Made by a program: the position numbers and the translations under genes
Assembly: GCA_963804995.1 (NCBI GenBank)
Contig: CAWDSK010000009.1
Span: forward strand, 224,001-288,000
Source: an uncultured Acidobacteriota bacterium
GTDB taxonomy: Bacteria > Acidobacteriota > Terriglobia > UBA7540
DNA: 64,000 nucleotides
Direction of reading: 5' to 3'
Notes under the pieces: model-generated
Told to the model about the DNA's origin: nothing
The model's database searches: none
Seen by the model: only the letters and a program-made list of their open reading frames with translations
In this document: one piece after another, positions 19,022 through 29,422 of the stretch
Layout: each line of letters begins with the position of its first letter
How positions within the stretch are numbered: position 1 is the stretch's first letter

Positions 19022-19036
19022 TTTCATATAGTAAAA
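19022..19036. promoter_or_regulatory. Candidate operator (TTTCATATAGTAAAA) in the divergent dhaK/epimerase promoter
   Basis: AT-rich pseudo-palindrome; 12/15 match to the reverse complement of 33549-33563, upstream of the IclR gene. Confidence 0.45.
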
Positions 19037-19100
19037 CACTCATATCGAGACTTGAAATAGCCCTTGACTTGGCCCGCGCACCAGTCATAGATTACCGGGC

Positions 19101-20129
19101 ATGTCAAACCTCATAAATTCCGTAGAAGAGCTCGAAGATCTGTTGTCGACACCCAGCCCCGAGGACATTGAAACCTTCCGCCATATTAAAGGAGACGTGC
19201 TAGTCATCGGGGTGGGAGGCAAAATTGGTCCCAGCCTGGCCCGGCGCGTGGGGCGTGCTCGCCAAGCCGCGGGTGCGAAGATCCGTGTCATCGGCACGGA
19301 TGTCCATTGCGAAGAGTTGGCCATGGAACCCCTGGAGCAAGCCGGGGTTGAGATCCGGTGCACGAATCTGCTGGAGCCTGATTCCTTTGCCCAATTGCCT
19401 GACGCGGAGAATGTCATCTTCATGGCCGGGCGGAAGTTCGGCTCGACGGGCGCGGAGAGCCTGACCTGGGCGATGAACGTTTACGTCCCGGCGCTGATTG
19501 CTGACCGCTACCGCAAATCCCGCATCGTGGCTTTCTCCAGCGGCAATATTTATCCCTTCATGCCGGTGGTTTCAGGAGGCGCCACGGAGGCTGTTACGCC
19601 CTCACCCATCGGCGAGTACGCCCAGTCGGTCCTCGGCCGCGAGCGGATGTTCGAATATTTCTCCGCCCGCAATGGCACGCCGGTCACGATGCTGCGGCTC
19701 AATTACGCCGCCGAACTTCGTTACGGCGTGTTGCTCGACATCGGCAACAAGGTATTCGAGGGCCGGCCCGTGGACGTCACCATGGGGGCGGCCAACGTGA
19801 TGTGGCAGGGCGACGTTAACTCCATCACGCTGCGCTCGCTGGCCCATTGCCAGTCGCCGCCCTTTGTCCTGAACATGACGGGGCCGGAGACGCTTTCCGT
19901 CCGCGCCGTGGCCAAACGTTTCGGCGAATTCCTGGGCAAGGAAGCGATTATTGAAGGTCAGGAAGCTCCTAATGCCTTGCTCAATAATGCCGCGAAGTGC
20001 CATCGCCTGTTTGGTTATCCCTCCGTATCGATCGATCAGATGATTGAATGGATAGCGAACTGGATCAAGATCGGTGGATGGACCCTCAACAAGCCCACGC
20101 ATTTCGAAACCAGGGACGGGAAATTCTAG
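19101..20129 (+). CDS. NAD-dependent epimerase/dehydratase family protein
   Basis: GVGGKIG, MAGRKFG, FSSGNIY and GEYAQS motifs. Confidence 0.88.
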   Translation: MSNLINSVEELEDLLSTPSPEDIETFRHIKGDVLVIGVGGKIGPSLARRVGRARQAAGAKIRVIGTDVHCEELAMEPLEQAGVEIRCTNLLEPDSFAQLPDAENVIFMAGRKFGSTGAESLTWAMNVYVPALIADRYRKSRIVAFSSGNIYPFMPVVSGGATEAVTPSPIGEYAQSVLGRERMFEYFSARNGTPVTMLRLNYAAELRYGVLLDIGNKVFEGRPVDVTMGAANVMWQGDVNSITLRSLAHCQSPPFVLNMTGPETLSVRAVAKRFGEFLGKEAIIEGQEAPNALLNNAAKCHRLFGYPSVSIDQMIEWIANWIKIGGWTLNKPTHFETRDGKF

Positions 20130-21193
20130 TGACACAATCCAAACCTCTTTCCGTAGGATTTTTGGGCCTCAGCCACCTGCATCCGCGCAGTTACGCGACT
20201 CTGTTCCAGGCGATTCCGGGGACATCGCTCGTGGCCGCGGCGGATTCAAATCCAGCCGTGCTGGAAAGCTTCGCAAAGGATCTGGGCGTGCGGGGGTACG
20301 CAGACTGGCGCGAGCTGCTCCGGAAGGAACGCCTCGACCTGGCGTTGATTTTTCTTCCGCACGCTGATTGTCCGGATGCTGCCGTGGCCTGCGCTGAACA
20401 CGGTGTGAATGTGGTGGTGGAAAAGCCCATGGCCTCAAGCGCCGAGGGCGTCCGTCGGATGCTGGCCGCCGCCCAAAAGTCGGGCGTTCTACTTTCGACG
20501 CCCTATTGTTGGCGCTATCACCCGGTGGTTCAGCAGATGAAGAAACTTGTTGAGGAGGGCATCACGGGGCGCGTGGTAGGCTGCGAAGGCCGCTGCGCCG
20601 CGGGCCGGCTCTCCCGCTACATCGAGGGCCACGCCGGCTGGATGCTGGAGCGGGCGCGCAGCGGTGGCGGGCCCATGTTCAATCTCGGCGTCCACTGGAT
20701 CGATCTCTATCGCTGGTTGCTGTCTGATGAAGTCGCGGAAGTGATCGCGAAGAACGTGCGCGTCAACGAGAAATATGACATCGAGGACAATTCCTTTGCC
20801 TTGCTGACTTTTTCGCGCGGCACTGTGCTGGCTCTCGATATCAGTTACACCGTGCCGGACTCTTATCCCTTTGGACGCGACCTCTGCCTCGCCTTGCGCG
20901 GGACCACCGGCGTGCTGTCCTGGAGCCCGTCTTTTGAAGGCGTCAAGGAGCGCTTGTTTGTGTGCAGCGACTCCGGCGAATTCTCGCAGGCCGCCCGTCA
21001 GCACGTGGATTTTGATCTCCCCCAGCAGGCCGGCTACGCGGGTATCATGGGCCTGCGCTATCTGGTGGATCTGGTTGAAGCGGTCCGCGCGGGCAAACCG
21101 CCGGCCATCACCGGGCAGGACGGACTGAAGGCTCTCGAAGTTGTTGAGGCCATTTATCAATCGGCCGAGAGTGGCCGGAGTGTGAAACTATGA
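20129..21193 (+). CDS. Gfo/Idh/MocA family oxidoreductase
   Basis: EKPMA and SGGGPMFNLGVHWID motifs; GTG overlaps the upstream stop. Confidence 0.9.
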   Translation: MTQSKPLSVGFLGLSHLHPRSYATLFQAIPGTSLVAAADSNPAVLESFAKDLGVRGYADWRELLRKERLDLALIFLPHADCPDAAVACAEHGVNVVVEKPMASSAEGVRRMLAAAQKSGVLLSTPYCWRYHPVVQQMKKLVEEGITGRVVGCEGRCAAGRLSRYIEGHAGWMLERARSGGGPMFNLGVHWIDLYRWLLSDEVAEVIAKNVRVNEKYDIEDNSFALLTFSRGTVLALDISYTVPDSYPFGRDLCLALRGTTGVLSWSPSFEGVKERLFVCSDSGEFSQAARQHVDFDLPQQAGYAGIMGLRYLVDLVEAVRAGKPPAITGQDGLKALEVVEAIYQSAESGRSVKL

Positions 21194-22173
21194 GCGCAGT
21201 GAAAGTTGTTGTCACCGATTACATCGAGCCCAACCTCGAATGGGAAACCAAAGAAATGGCCCAGCGGGGGGTCGATTTCCAAACCCATCAACTCAAGTTT
21301 GCCCCCCCCAGTGAGGTGGCGGCGGCCACGCGCGACGCTGATCTGGTAGTCGTTAATATGGTGCCGGTCAATACCGAGCTCATTTCCCAGTGGGAGAAAT
21401 GCCGGCTGGTCATCCGCCATGGCGTGGGTTACGACAACGTGGATGTGAAGGCGCTCGCGAAGGCCGGCATTCCACTCTGTTACATTCCAGACTACTGCCA
21501 GGAAGAAGTGGCGGAGCAGGCCATCGCCCTGATCATGGCTTGCGGGCGCAGGATCGTCAGCAGCCGCAAGGTACTCGATGATTCCTCCGCACGCGGTTCC
21601 TGGGATTTTGCCGACGTTGTGCCCATGTTCCAGATGGCGGGACAGACGCTGGGCATCATTGGCTGCGGGCGCATCGGGTCTCTGGTTTACAAGAAACTGC
21701 AATCCTTCGGCTTCAAGTTCCTGGTCTGCGATCCCTACCTCACCGCGGAACGGAAGCGCGAGCTAGGCATCGAAGTTGTGGACCATGAAACCGTATTCCG
21801 CAATTCAGACTTCATCACCATCCACACGCCCCTGACAGCGGAGACGCGGCATATCGTCAACTCCCGTACGCTGGGGATGATGAAGTCGACCGCCTATGTG
21901 GTGAACACGGCGCGCGGCCCGATGGTTGACGCGCAGGCGCTGGCCGAGGCGCTGAAGAATCACGTGATCGCCGGCGCCGGAATTGATGTCTACGATGTTG
22001 AACCGCCGCGGGCTGACTACCCACTCCTCGGCCTGCCCAATGCCATCCTGACGCCGCACCTGGCCTGGTATTCTGAGAACGCGGGCCGCCACATCCGGGA
22101 GCTGATAGTGCTGGAGATTGACCGCTTCCTGGCCGGACAACCCCCACGCTATATCGCCAAGCCCGTAGTTTAA
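21190..22173 (+). CDS. D-isomer-specific 2-hydroxyacid dehydrogenase (CtBP-like)
   Basis: GVGYDNVD, GIIGCGRIG, NTARG, DVYDVEP and TPHLAW motifs. Confidence 0.93.
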   Translation: MSAVKVVVTDYIEPNLEWETKEMAQRGVDFQTHQLKFAPPSEVAAATRDADLVVVNMVPVNTELISQWEKCRLVIRHGVGYDNVDVKALAKAGIPLCYIPDYCQEEVAEQAIALIMACGRRIVSSRKVLDDSSARGSWDFADVVPMFQMAGQTLGIIGCGRIGSLVYKKLQSFGFKFLVCDPYLTAERKRELGIEVVDHETVFRNSDFITIHTPLTAETRHIVNSRTLGMMKSTAYVVNTARGPMVDAQALAEALKNHVIAGAGIDVYDVEPPRADYPLLGLPNAILTPHLAWYSENAGRHIRELIVLEIDRFLAGQPPRYIAKPVV

Positions 22174-22183
22174 GAGGAACAAA

Positions 22184-23503
22184 ATGATTACAAAAGTTAC
22201 GTCCGTGAAAGGACCGATCCCCGGTCCGAAATCCAAGGATTTGTTTGACCGTTGGGCGCGCGCGGAAGCGCAATGCACCGGCTATCAAGCGAAGGTCGCC
22301 TGGGATCACGCCAAGGGCGTGCTGGTGACTGACGTTGATGGCAACAAGTTTATCGACTGGACATCCGGCGTGCTGGTCACGAACGTCGGGCATTGCCATC
22401 CCGACCTCGTGAAGGCCGTGCAGGACGTGGCCGCGAAGCTGCTGAACAATTACGAGTGCCTGCACCCCTGGCGCGTGGAAGCTGCGGAGAAGTTGATTTC
22501 CGTTTTGCCGCCGCACCTGGACAGATGTTTCTTCCTCTCCACGGGAGGCGAGGTGGTGGAGGCGGCCATCCGCATCATGAAGCGGAAGACCGGCAAGTTT
22601 GAAATCATCAGTTTCTACGGTGGCTTTCACGGACGCACTTTTGCCGCGGCGGGGGCAGGCGGATTGCCTGGCCCGAAGAAGGGTTACGGGCCCACGCTAC
22701 CGGGGTCGATTCGCGTCCCCTTCCCGTACTGCTACCGCTGCCCGTTCAAGGCTGAGCCGACCACCTGCGACATGCTCTGCCTCGATTACATTGAAGACTC
22801 CGTGCGCGCCAACAGCACGGGCAGCCTGGCCGGGCTGATTGTTGAGCCCTATCTCGGCGCCGCGGGTTTTGTCTTTCCGCCGCAAGGATGGTTGAAGCGG
22901 CTGGAGCAATGGTTACGGTCACGCGGTTTGCTTTTCACGCTGGACGAAGTGCAGTCTTCCTACGGACGCACTGGGAAATTCTGGGCGATGGAGTGGGAAG
23001 AACTGACCCCGGATCTGGTGACCATCGGCAAAGGCATTGGCAGTGGCGTTCCGGCCTCGGCCCTCGCGGCGCGCAGCGAGGTGATTGGAGTCCTCGGTCA
23101 GGGCGAAATGAGCAGCACCATGGGCGGCAATCCGCTGGCAAGCGCCGCGGTGGCCGTGGTGGTCGACATCATGAAGCGCGAGCATCTGGAAGAAAACGCT
23201 CTGCGCATAGGCAAGCTGATGATGTCGCGCCTGCTTGAAATCAAGGAGAAGTCTCGCTATGTGGGCGACGTTCGCGGCATGGGATTGGTCATGGGCGTCG
23301 AGCTGGTGAAGGACAAGAAAACCAAGGAGCCGGCGCCTGACCTTACGCGCAAACTGATCGACGTAGCGGCTGAGAACGGCCTGCTGATTGGTTCGGTCGG
23401 GACCTTCGGCAACGTGATTCGCGTGGCCCCGCCTCTGGTAATTACCGAAGCCGAGGCTCACGAAAGTCTGGATATCTTCGAAAGGGCGCTTTCACTATTA
23501 TAA
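22184..23503 (+). CDS. Class III PLP-dependent aminotransferase
   Basis: GFHGRT, DEVQSSYGRTG, TIGKGIGSG, STMGGNPL and RVAPPL motifs. Confidence 0.93.
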   Translation: MITKVTSVKGPIPGPKSKDLFDRWARAEAQCTGYQAKVAWDHAKGVLVTDVDGNKFIDWTSGVLVTNVGHCHPDLVKAVQDVAAKLLNNYECLHPWRVEAAEKLISVLPPHLDRCFFLSTGGEVVEAAIRIMKRKTGKFEIISFYGGFHGRTFAAAGAGGLPGPKKGYGPTLPGSIRVPFPYCYRCPFKAEPTTCDMLCLDYIEDSVRANSTGSLAGLIVEPYLGAAGFVFPPQGWLKRLEQWLRSRGLLFTLDEVQSSYGRTGKFWAMEWEELTPDLVTIGKGIGSGVPASALAARSEVIGVLGQGEMSSTMGGNPLASAAVAVVVDIMKREHLEENALRIGKLMMSRLLEIKEKSRYVGDVRGMGLVMGVELVKDKKTKEPAPDLTRKLIDVAAENGLLIGSVGTFGNVIRVAPPLVITEAEAHESLDIFERALSLL

Positions 23504-23564
23504 GGAAGGCGAGTCCGTGGCGTGATTCGGCTATCTGCAATCAAGGGAAGAGGTTTCACTCGAA

Positions 23565-24122
23565 ATGCCAGAAACCCCCGAAGGGCAACTCGTTCCGCTT
23601 GAGCGCATCGAGTCCCGAATCTTCGTGTTGCGGGGGCACCGCGTGATGCTCGATCGGGACCTAGCTGGCCTCTATGGCGTGGCCACTCGCGTACTCAATC
23701 AAGCTGTGAAGCGGAATAGTGATCGGTTTCCGGAAGATTTCATGTTTCGTCTGACCAAAGAAGAGTCTACGCGCGTCCTCGCTTCAAGATCACAGACTGT
23801 GACCTTGAAGCGAGGGCAAAACATCAAATATGCGCCTCATGTATTTACGGAACACGGCGCGGTAATGCTTGCCAATGTGCTTAGGAGCCGTGTGGCTATT
23901 CGGGCGAGCATTCAGGTCGTTCGTGCATTTGTGCACCTGCGTCAGATGCTTGTCAGCAACCAGGAGATCGCGGCGAAATTTGAGGCATTGGAACGGAAAG
24001 TTGGGAAGCACGATGCAGATCTGCAGAGCATCCTCGCGATTTTAGAAAAACTTCTCCAACCTCCACCAGCAGTGTCAGGGAGGAAATCCTTGGGTTTCAT
24101 TCCCAGCCCAGAGAGAAAGTAA
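23565..24122 (+). CDS. ORF6N domain DNA-binding protein
   Basis: RGHRVMLDRDLAGLYGV, NQAVKRN..RFPEDFMF and FTEHGAVMLANVL motifs. Confidence 0.92.
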   Translation: MPETPEGQLVPLERIESRIFVLRGHRVMLDRDLAGLYGVATRVLNQAVKRNSDRFPEDFMFRLTKEESTRVLASRSQTVTLKRGQNIKYAPHVFTEHGAVMLANVLRSRVAIRASIQVVRAFVHLRQMLVSNQEIAAKFEALERKVGKHDADLQSILAILEKLLQPPPAVSGRKSLGFIPSPERK

Positions 24123-24153
24123 CGGTGGTGGACTTACATTCATGAGGCCAACT

Positions 24154-25443
24154 ATGACTCAAATTGCCATACCGGATATTCGCGCGGCGGTCCAGTCCGT
24201 CCAGCGCGAGACGGAGCAATTTCTCTGTGATTTGATTCGCTTCCCTTCTCTGCCCGGCCAGGAGACGGAGGCAGTGGATTGCGCCGCCGCGCGCTTCGCC
24301 GAGGTGGCGGAGGTGGAGCGCGTGCCGCTTTCCAACTCCCTGCGCGAGGACGAAGACTACAGCGATCCCGTCCCCGGCATCGAGTATGAGGGGCGGTCCA
24401 ACCTCCGCGTGCGCGTTCCCGGAACCGGCGGCGGGCGCTCACTGCTCTTCAACACCCATCTCGATGTCGTGCCCGCCTCGAAAGGGCAGATCGGCGCTTT
24501 TGAACCGCGCGTGGAGGCAAACAAGATTTTTGGGCGCGGCGCCTGCGACGCCAAAGGACAAGCCGTCACGATCTTCACTGCGCTGCTGGCCGCGAAACGC
24601 CTGGGCTTGAAATTTCGGGGCGATGTCATCGCGCACCTGGTGGTGGAAGAGGAGGTGGGCGGCAACGGCACGCTGGTGATGGCGCGTCGCGGTGAGAAGG
24701 CGGATGCCTGCATTGTGATGGAGCCCACCGAGCAGCGCATTCTCACCTCGGTGCGGGGCGCCGTGTGGTTCCGGGTAATTTGCACCGGCAAACCAGGACA
24801 CCCGGGGCGGGTGGGCGATACGATCAGCGCGCTGCGCATGGCCATTCGCGCCATTGAAATCCTGGACCAGTATCATGCGCGCCTGCTCGCAGCGTCCCGG
24901 GGCTTTCCGCTTTTTGATCCCTTCCCGAATCCCATGCCGATTATCTTTGGCAAACTCATGTCGGGCGACTGGCCGGCCATGTCGCCTGCCAGTGCCACCC
25001 TAGAGGGCGTGCTGGGCCTCTTGCCGAACAAGACTCGCTACCAGGTGATGGAGGAGATGCGGCAGGCCCTGGTGGAGGGTGGAGACGAGTGGTTCCGCGA
25101 GCACTTCCGGCTTGAATTCATGTACCGGCACGACGCGCAGGTGCTCGACCCGGCGCACCCGCTGGCCACCGGTCTTCAGGCCTGCGCCCGCGAAGCCGGA
25201 GGTCGCGGCGAAATCAGCGCCATGCCCGCGTCGTGCGATTCCTGGTTGTATAATAACCAACTTAAGATTCCTACACTGGTGTATGGCCCGGGCAGCCTGG
25301 GTTTTGCCCACACGACCATAGAGCAGATCGGCCTGGATGAAATTGGCCAGGCGGCCACCACTCTGGTGCGGTTCCTGGGGGAATGGTGCGGGCAGGAGGA
25401 GTTCACCGCAGAGACGCAGAGACGCAGAGAAAAGGGCTTTTGA
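24154..25443 (+). CDS. M20 family amidohydrolase (ArgE/DapE-like)
   Basis: NTHLDVV, GRGACDAKG, VEEEVGGNG, MEPT and AHT..E motifs. Confidence 0.9.
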   Translation: MTQIAIPDIRAAVQSVQRETEQFLCDLIRFPSLPGQETEAVDCAAARFAEVAEVERVPLSNSLREDEDYSDPVPGIEYEGRSNLRVRVPGTGGGRSLLFNTHLDVVPASKGQIGAFEPRVEANKIFGRGACDAKGQAVTIFTALLAAKRLGLKFRGDVIAHLVVEEEVGGNGTLVMARRGEKADACIVMEPTEQRILTSVRGAVWFRVICTGKPGHPGRVGDTISALRMAIRAIEILDQYHARLLAASRGFPLFDPFPNPMPIIFGKLMSGDWPAMSPASATLEGVLGLLPNKTRYQVMEEMRQALVEGGDEWFREHFRLEFMYRHDAQVLDPAHPLATGLQACAREAGGRGEISAMPASCDSWLYNNQLKIPTLVYGPGSLGFAHTTIEQIGLDEIGQAATTLVRFLGEWCGQEEFTAETQRRREKGF

Positions 25444-25508
25444 CTACACTTCTCTGGGCCTCCGCGCCTCTGCGGTGAGATGTCCGAAGACTGGGGGATT
25501 ACGACGTT

Positions 25509-26546
25509 ATGCAAGCACTCATGAAAACCCAGAAAGGCGTTGGCTTCCTCGAACTTCGCGAGGTGCCGGAGCCCACTCCCGGTCGGGGTGAGTTTTTGAT
25601 TGAGGTTAAAGCCTGCGGAATCTGTGGCACGGACATTCATGTGTGGCACGACAAGTTTCCCTACTGGCCGCCGGTGATTCTGGGGCACGAGTTTTCCGGC
25701 GAAATCGTCGCGGCCGGTCCGGAAACGAGCTTGTTCAAAATTGGCGAGCGCGTGGTGGGCGAGCCGCACACGCAAGCCTGCGGCCACTGCTACTTGTGCC
25801 GGACGGGCAACATTCAGATATGCCCGCTGAAGCGCTCACCGGGCTGGGGGATTGACGGCGCGCTCACCAAGTACCTGAAGATGCCGGAGCGGCTTTTGCA
25901 CCGGATTCCCGACTCCATGAGCTACGACCTCGCGGCGCTTGTCGAGCCCACGGCCAACGTGGTGCACGATGTTGTGGAGCGCGCCCGGATCGATGCGGGT
26001 GACTTCGTGGTGGTGCTTGGACCCGGCCCCATCGGCTTGCTGGCAGCGCTCACGGCGCGCGCCGCGGGCGCCCGGCAAGTGGTGATCGTAGGCGCTCCGG
26101 CCGATGAGGAAATCCGCCTGAAGAAAGCCCGCGAGCTGGGTTTTGAAATCGTTCTCAACGTGGCGCAATCGAATCCTGTGGAAGTGGTCCGCGAGCTCAC
26201 CGCCGGCCTGGGGGCTGACCTGGTGATTGAGTGCAGCGGCGCTCCCCCCGCCATCGCCTCCACCGTCGACCTTATCCGCAAGAAGGGCCGTATCTGCGTC
26301 ATCGGTTTGACCGGCAAAGACTCGATTCCCTTCCCCTGGGACAAGGCGGCGTTCAAAGTTTGCGAGGTGATTTTCAACCTTTCCACCAGCTATACGAGCT
26401 GGGATCGAACCATTCATTTGATCGCCAGCGGCCGCCTGCCCGCGGGAGAGGTGATCACGCACAGGCTGCCGCTTGCGGATTGGAAGATTGGTTTCGACGG
26501 GCTCGATGCGCAGAAGGAATTGAAGGTTCTGATTACTCCTGAATGA
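25509..26546 (+). CDS. Zn-dependent (MDR) polyol/alcohol dehydrogenase
   Basis: CGICGTD, GHEFSG, CGHCYLCR..C and GPGPIG motifs. Confidence 0.93.
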   Translation: MQALMKTQKGVGFLELREVPEPTPGRGEFLIEVKACGICGTDIHVWHDKFPYWPPVILGHEFSGEIVAAGPETSLFKIGERVVGEPHTQACGHCYLCRTGNIQICPLKRSPGWGIDGALTKYLKMPERLLHRIPDSMSYDLAALVEPTANVVHDVVERARIDAGDFVVVLGPGPIGLLAALTARAAGARQVVIVGAPADEEIRLKKARELGFEIVLNVAQSNPVEVVRELTAGLGADLVIECSGAPPAIASTVDLIRKKGRICVIGLTGKDSIPFPWDKAAFKVCEVIFNLSTSYTSWDRTIHLIASGRLPAGEVITHRLPLADWKIGFDGLDAQKELKVLITPE

Positions 26547-26553
26547 GGAAACC

Positions 26554-27624
26554 ATGACTAACGATTCACGCCTAGGTTTTGGACTATTAGGGACTGGACT
26601 GATCGCACCGTTCCACGCCAAGGCTATCCTGGCAGCCAGTGGGGCGCGCCTGGTGGCGGTGGCGGATACAGACGCGGCCCGCCTCAAAAAATTCACCGCC
26701 GAATTCAGCATCCCGGGATACGCCACGCTCAACGAGATGCTGGCCAATCCCGCGGTTCATGTGGTGAATATCCTTACGCCCAACCACCTGCACGCCGACG
26801 CGGTAGTAAAAGCGGCCCGGGCGGGCAAACACACTTTGGTGGAGAAGCCGCCGGCCATGTCGTTGCGCGAAATGGATACCATGGCAGCGGCCGCGGCCGC
26901 GGCGGGCGTCAAGTGCGGCGTGGTGCTGCAATGCCGGACGCGCCGGTCAACCCAGGCCATTCGCACCGCCATCCAGCAGGGACGGTTTGGGAAAATCCAT
27001 CACGCCGACACTTACATGAAATGGTTCCGCACTACGGATTACTATCTCATGGATGCCTGGCGCACCTCGCGCCGCTCCGGCGCCGGCGTAACCATTCAGC
27101 AGGCGTTCCACTATCTGGATTTGCTGCAGTACTTGGTGGGCCCGGTCAAACGGGTGCACGCGCAAATGACCAACCTCGCGCATCCCGCCGTCGCTCTCGA
27201 AGACACCTCCCTGGCGTTTGTGACTTACGCGAGCGGCGCGCAAGGAGTGGTCCAGGCTTCGACCGCCCTTTGGCCGGGAACCGATGTCCGCGTCGAGGTG
27301 AACGGCGATAACGGCACGGCCATCATGGTGGGCGAGAGAATTGAGACCTGGAAGTTCAAGGACAACCGGCCGGAGGATGAGGAGATTCGCCATATTGGCA
27401 GCGCCTCGGTGGCAACGGGTGCGACCGGCGCGGCCGATCTGGGATTCCGCGATCATCAAACGGTCGTCGAGGATATGGTGCGCGCCGTGGCCGAGGGTCG
27501 CGAACCCATGATCACCCTCGCGAGCGTGCGCCCCACGCTCGAGTGGGCCCTCGCCATGTACCAATCCGCCAAGCAAGGGACACCCGTGGAGTTGCCGATT
27601 TTGGATGAAGACGCGGTGTGGTAG
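26554..27624 (+). CDS. Gfo/Idh/MocA family oxidoreductase
   Basis: GTGLIA, EKPPA and GAGVTIQQAFHYLD motifs. Confidence 0.9.
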   Translation: MTNDSRLGFGLLGTGLIAPFHAKAILAASGARLVAVADTDAARLKKFTAEFSIPGYATLNEMLANPAVHVVNILTPNHLHADAVVKAARAGKHTLVEKPPAMSLREMDTMAAAAAAAGVKCGVVLQCRTRRSTQAIRTAIQQGRFGKIHHADTYMKWFRTTDYYLMDAWRTSRRSGAGVTIQQAFHYLDLLQYLVGPVKRVHAQMTNLAHPAVALEDTSLAFVTYASGAQGVVQASTALWPGTDVRVEVNGDNGTAIMVGERIETWKFKDNRPEDEEIRHIGSASVATGATGAADLGFRDHQTVVEDMVRAVAEGREPMITLASVRPTLEWALAMYQSAKQGTPVELPILDEDAVW

Positions 27625-27748
27625 GGAAGCTTTCAGCTTTCAGCCATCAGCTATCAGCTATCAGCTAAGAGCTTGGAACTAGACCCACATTTCCAATTTG
27701 AGCGTTACCTCCGAATCTTCGGGTCGTCGCCGAGAGGAACGGTATCAG

Positions 27749-27889
27749 GAAGCTGTGAAAAAATAGACAATCTCGCGCAGAGACGCAGAGGCGCAGAGAT
27801 TTTAAGCAAATAACTGATTTGTTTTCTTTGTGGCCTCCGCGCCTCTGCGCAAGATGCTTTTGCTCGTTCCGGAATTTCTTCACAGCTTC
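27749..27889. mobile_element. MITE with TIR GAAGCTGTGAA/TTCACAGCTTC and an internal family B palindrome
   Basis: Terminal inverted repeats; homologous to 28718-28866 and, inverted, to 49898-50045. Confidence 0.75.
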
Positions 27890-27974
27890 CTGACACCGTT
27901 CCTGCTCACCGTTCCTGCTGACACCGTTCCTGACACCGTCCCGTGGTTTGTTGGATTTTGAGAGTTACGGTGGG

Positions 27975-28319
27975 TTACGGGTGTGCGGGTTGATGTTCCA
28001 GGTTGCCGCGGACGGCAAAATCCACAAGGGCGCGACGCACGGCATCCGGCTCACGGTCAATCACGATCAGGAAAGCCCGTGCCGCCCCGGAAGGCACTAC
28101 CCGGCCTTGCTCCCATTCCTGCACCGTCCGAACGCTTACACCAAAATACGCCGCAAACTGGCTCTGGCTCATTTTGATTTTCTTGCGAATCCGCGCCGTG
28201 TCGATCTCGTCAGGGATGTGGACAACGCAAGCGTTGTTTTCCCCCTGGGCGAATGCCAAAGCCTGCCTGGCACTGGATATCATCCGTTGTCCTGCGGTCA
28301 GTTTCCTGGCCATGGTCAT
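27975..28319 (-). CDS. HigA-like Xre/HTH antitoxin
   Basis: [31 protein letters not shown] coupling to the toxin. Confidence 0.9.
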   Translation of the reverse strand: MTMARKLTAGQRMISSARQALAFAQGENNACVVHIPDEIDTARIRKKIKMSQSQFAAYFGVSVRTVQEWEQGRVVPSGAARAFLIVIDREPDAVRRALVDFAVRGNLEHQPAHP

Positions 28320-28657
28320 TTTCTCCTTCGATAAGCATCGGCAAGGGCAGCAAGTACGCTTTTCAGCTCATTCCGCTCTGCCTGCGATAAGTCGGTTTTT
28401 TCGTTCTTGGCAAACACGTTCAGCAAAAACACGGGAACGTCCTTACCACTGTAAAAGGTGATAACCCTGTAACCGCCACTCTTGCCTTTACCCTTACCCG
28501 CAAAGCGAACTTTGCGTGCGCCTCCGGCACCCCTGATTTCCTTCCCGGCATCGGGGTTCGCCGCAATAAAATCCAAGATGCCCAAGCGTTCATGGTCTGT
28601 TACTCCCGCCGCCCTTGCATCTCGGAGATAGGATTCTGTTTCGACAACTGTTTGCAC
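28316..28657 (-). CDS. RelE/HigB-family toxin
   Basis: [22 protein letters not shown] and FAKNEKTDL motifs; toxin precedes antitoxin. Confidence 0.92.
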   Translation of the reverse strand: MQTVVETESYLRDARAAGVTDHERLGILDFIAANPDAGKEIRGAGGARKVRFAGKGKGKSGGYRVITFYSGKDVPVFLLNVFAKNEKTDLSQAERNELKSVLAALADAYRRRK

Positions 28658-28717
28658 GGGCTAACTATACGTTAGAAACGGATACAGGTCAACCCTAGTG
28701 GGGGGGAACGGTGTCAG

Positions 28718-28866
28718 GAACCCGTGAAAAAATGAGCAGCCTCGCGCAGAGGCGCAGAGCCGCAGAGATTCGAAATAAATAAATGCTTTAATTTCATTGC
28801 CGCCTCCGCGCCTCTGCGTCTCTGCGCGAGATGCTTTTGGTCTTCTGGCTAATTCTTCACACCTTC
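28718..28866. mobile_element. MITE copy with 3-bp target duplication (CAG)
   Basis: GAACCCGTGAA...TTCACACCTTC flanked by CAG on both sides, inside AACGGTGTCAG|GTACC. Confidence 0.7.
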
Positions 28867-29422
28867 CAGGTACCTTTACTTTTTAATAAGCGAAGCCGAG
28901 TCTACGGTTCGGAGTCCTGGGTATCGGGGGCACCGATAAGGGTACCTGACACCGTTCTCCCGAACGCCCATCTTGCTAAGAGCCGCGGAGGAGGGCTGAA
29001 ATGCGCCCACCTCTGCTACCTGCTCCATGCTCTCTATGCACCGAATGTTGTGATCGCATACATACCAAAAGGCGGCACGTATGCGCCACCCGCGATTAGA
29101 TGACGTGAAGCGCAGAGCTGCGCTCTGCGATTCACGTGTCTGACCCTACCCGCCGAGATTCCCATGATGCCGATTTGCGGAACAAGCTTCCGATTTCATG
29201 ATCGGAACGATTCTCCCGCCTGACCATGGACCGGATTACTTGATTCGCACTAAATCGCAGAACTGAGCTCGTTCTGCGCCAGCCTGCCGTTCCCACCGTT
29301 CCCTCTCGCGGCGGGGCCTTCTTGCTTTGGTACTGCGGAGTTGTTCTTGAACTCCCCGGCTTGTATACTCGGGACCCGTCAGAGTTCGTAAAGCAACTCT
29401 GTGCTTGTGAGTGGCACTTGTT

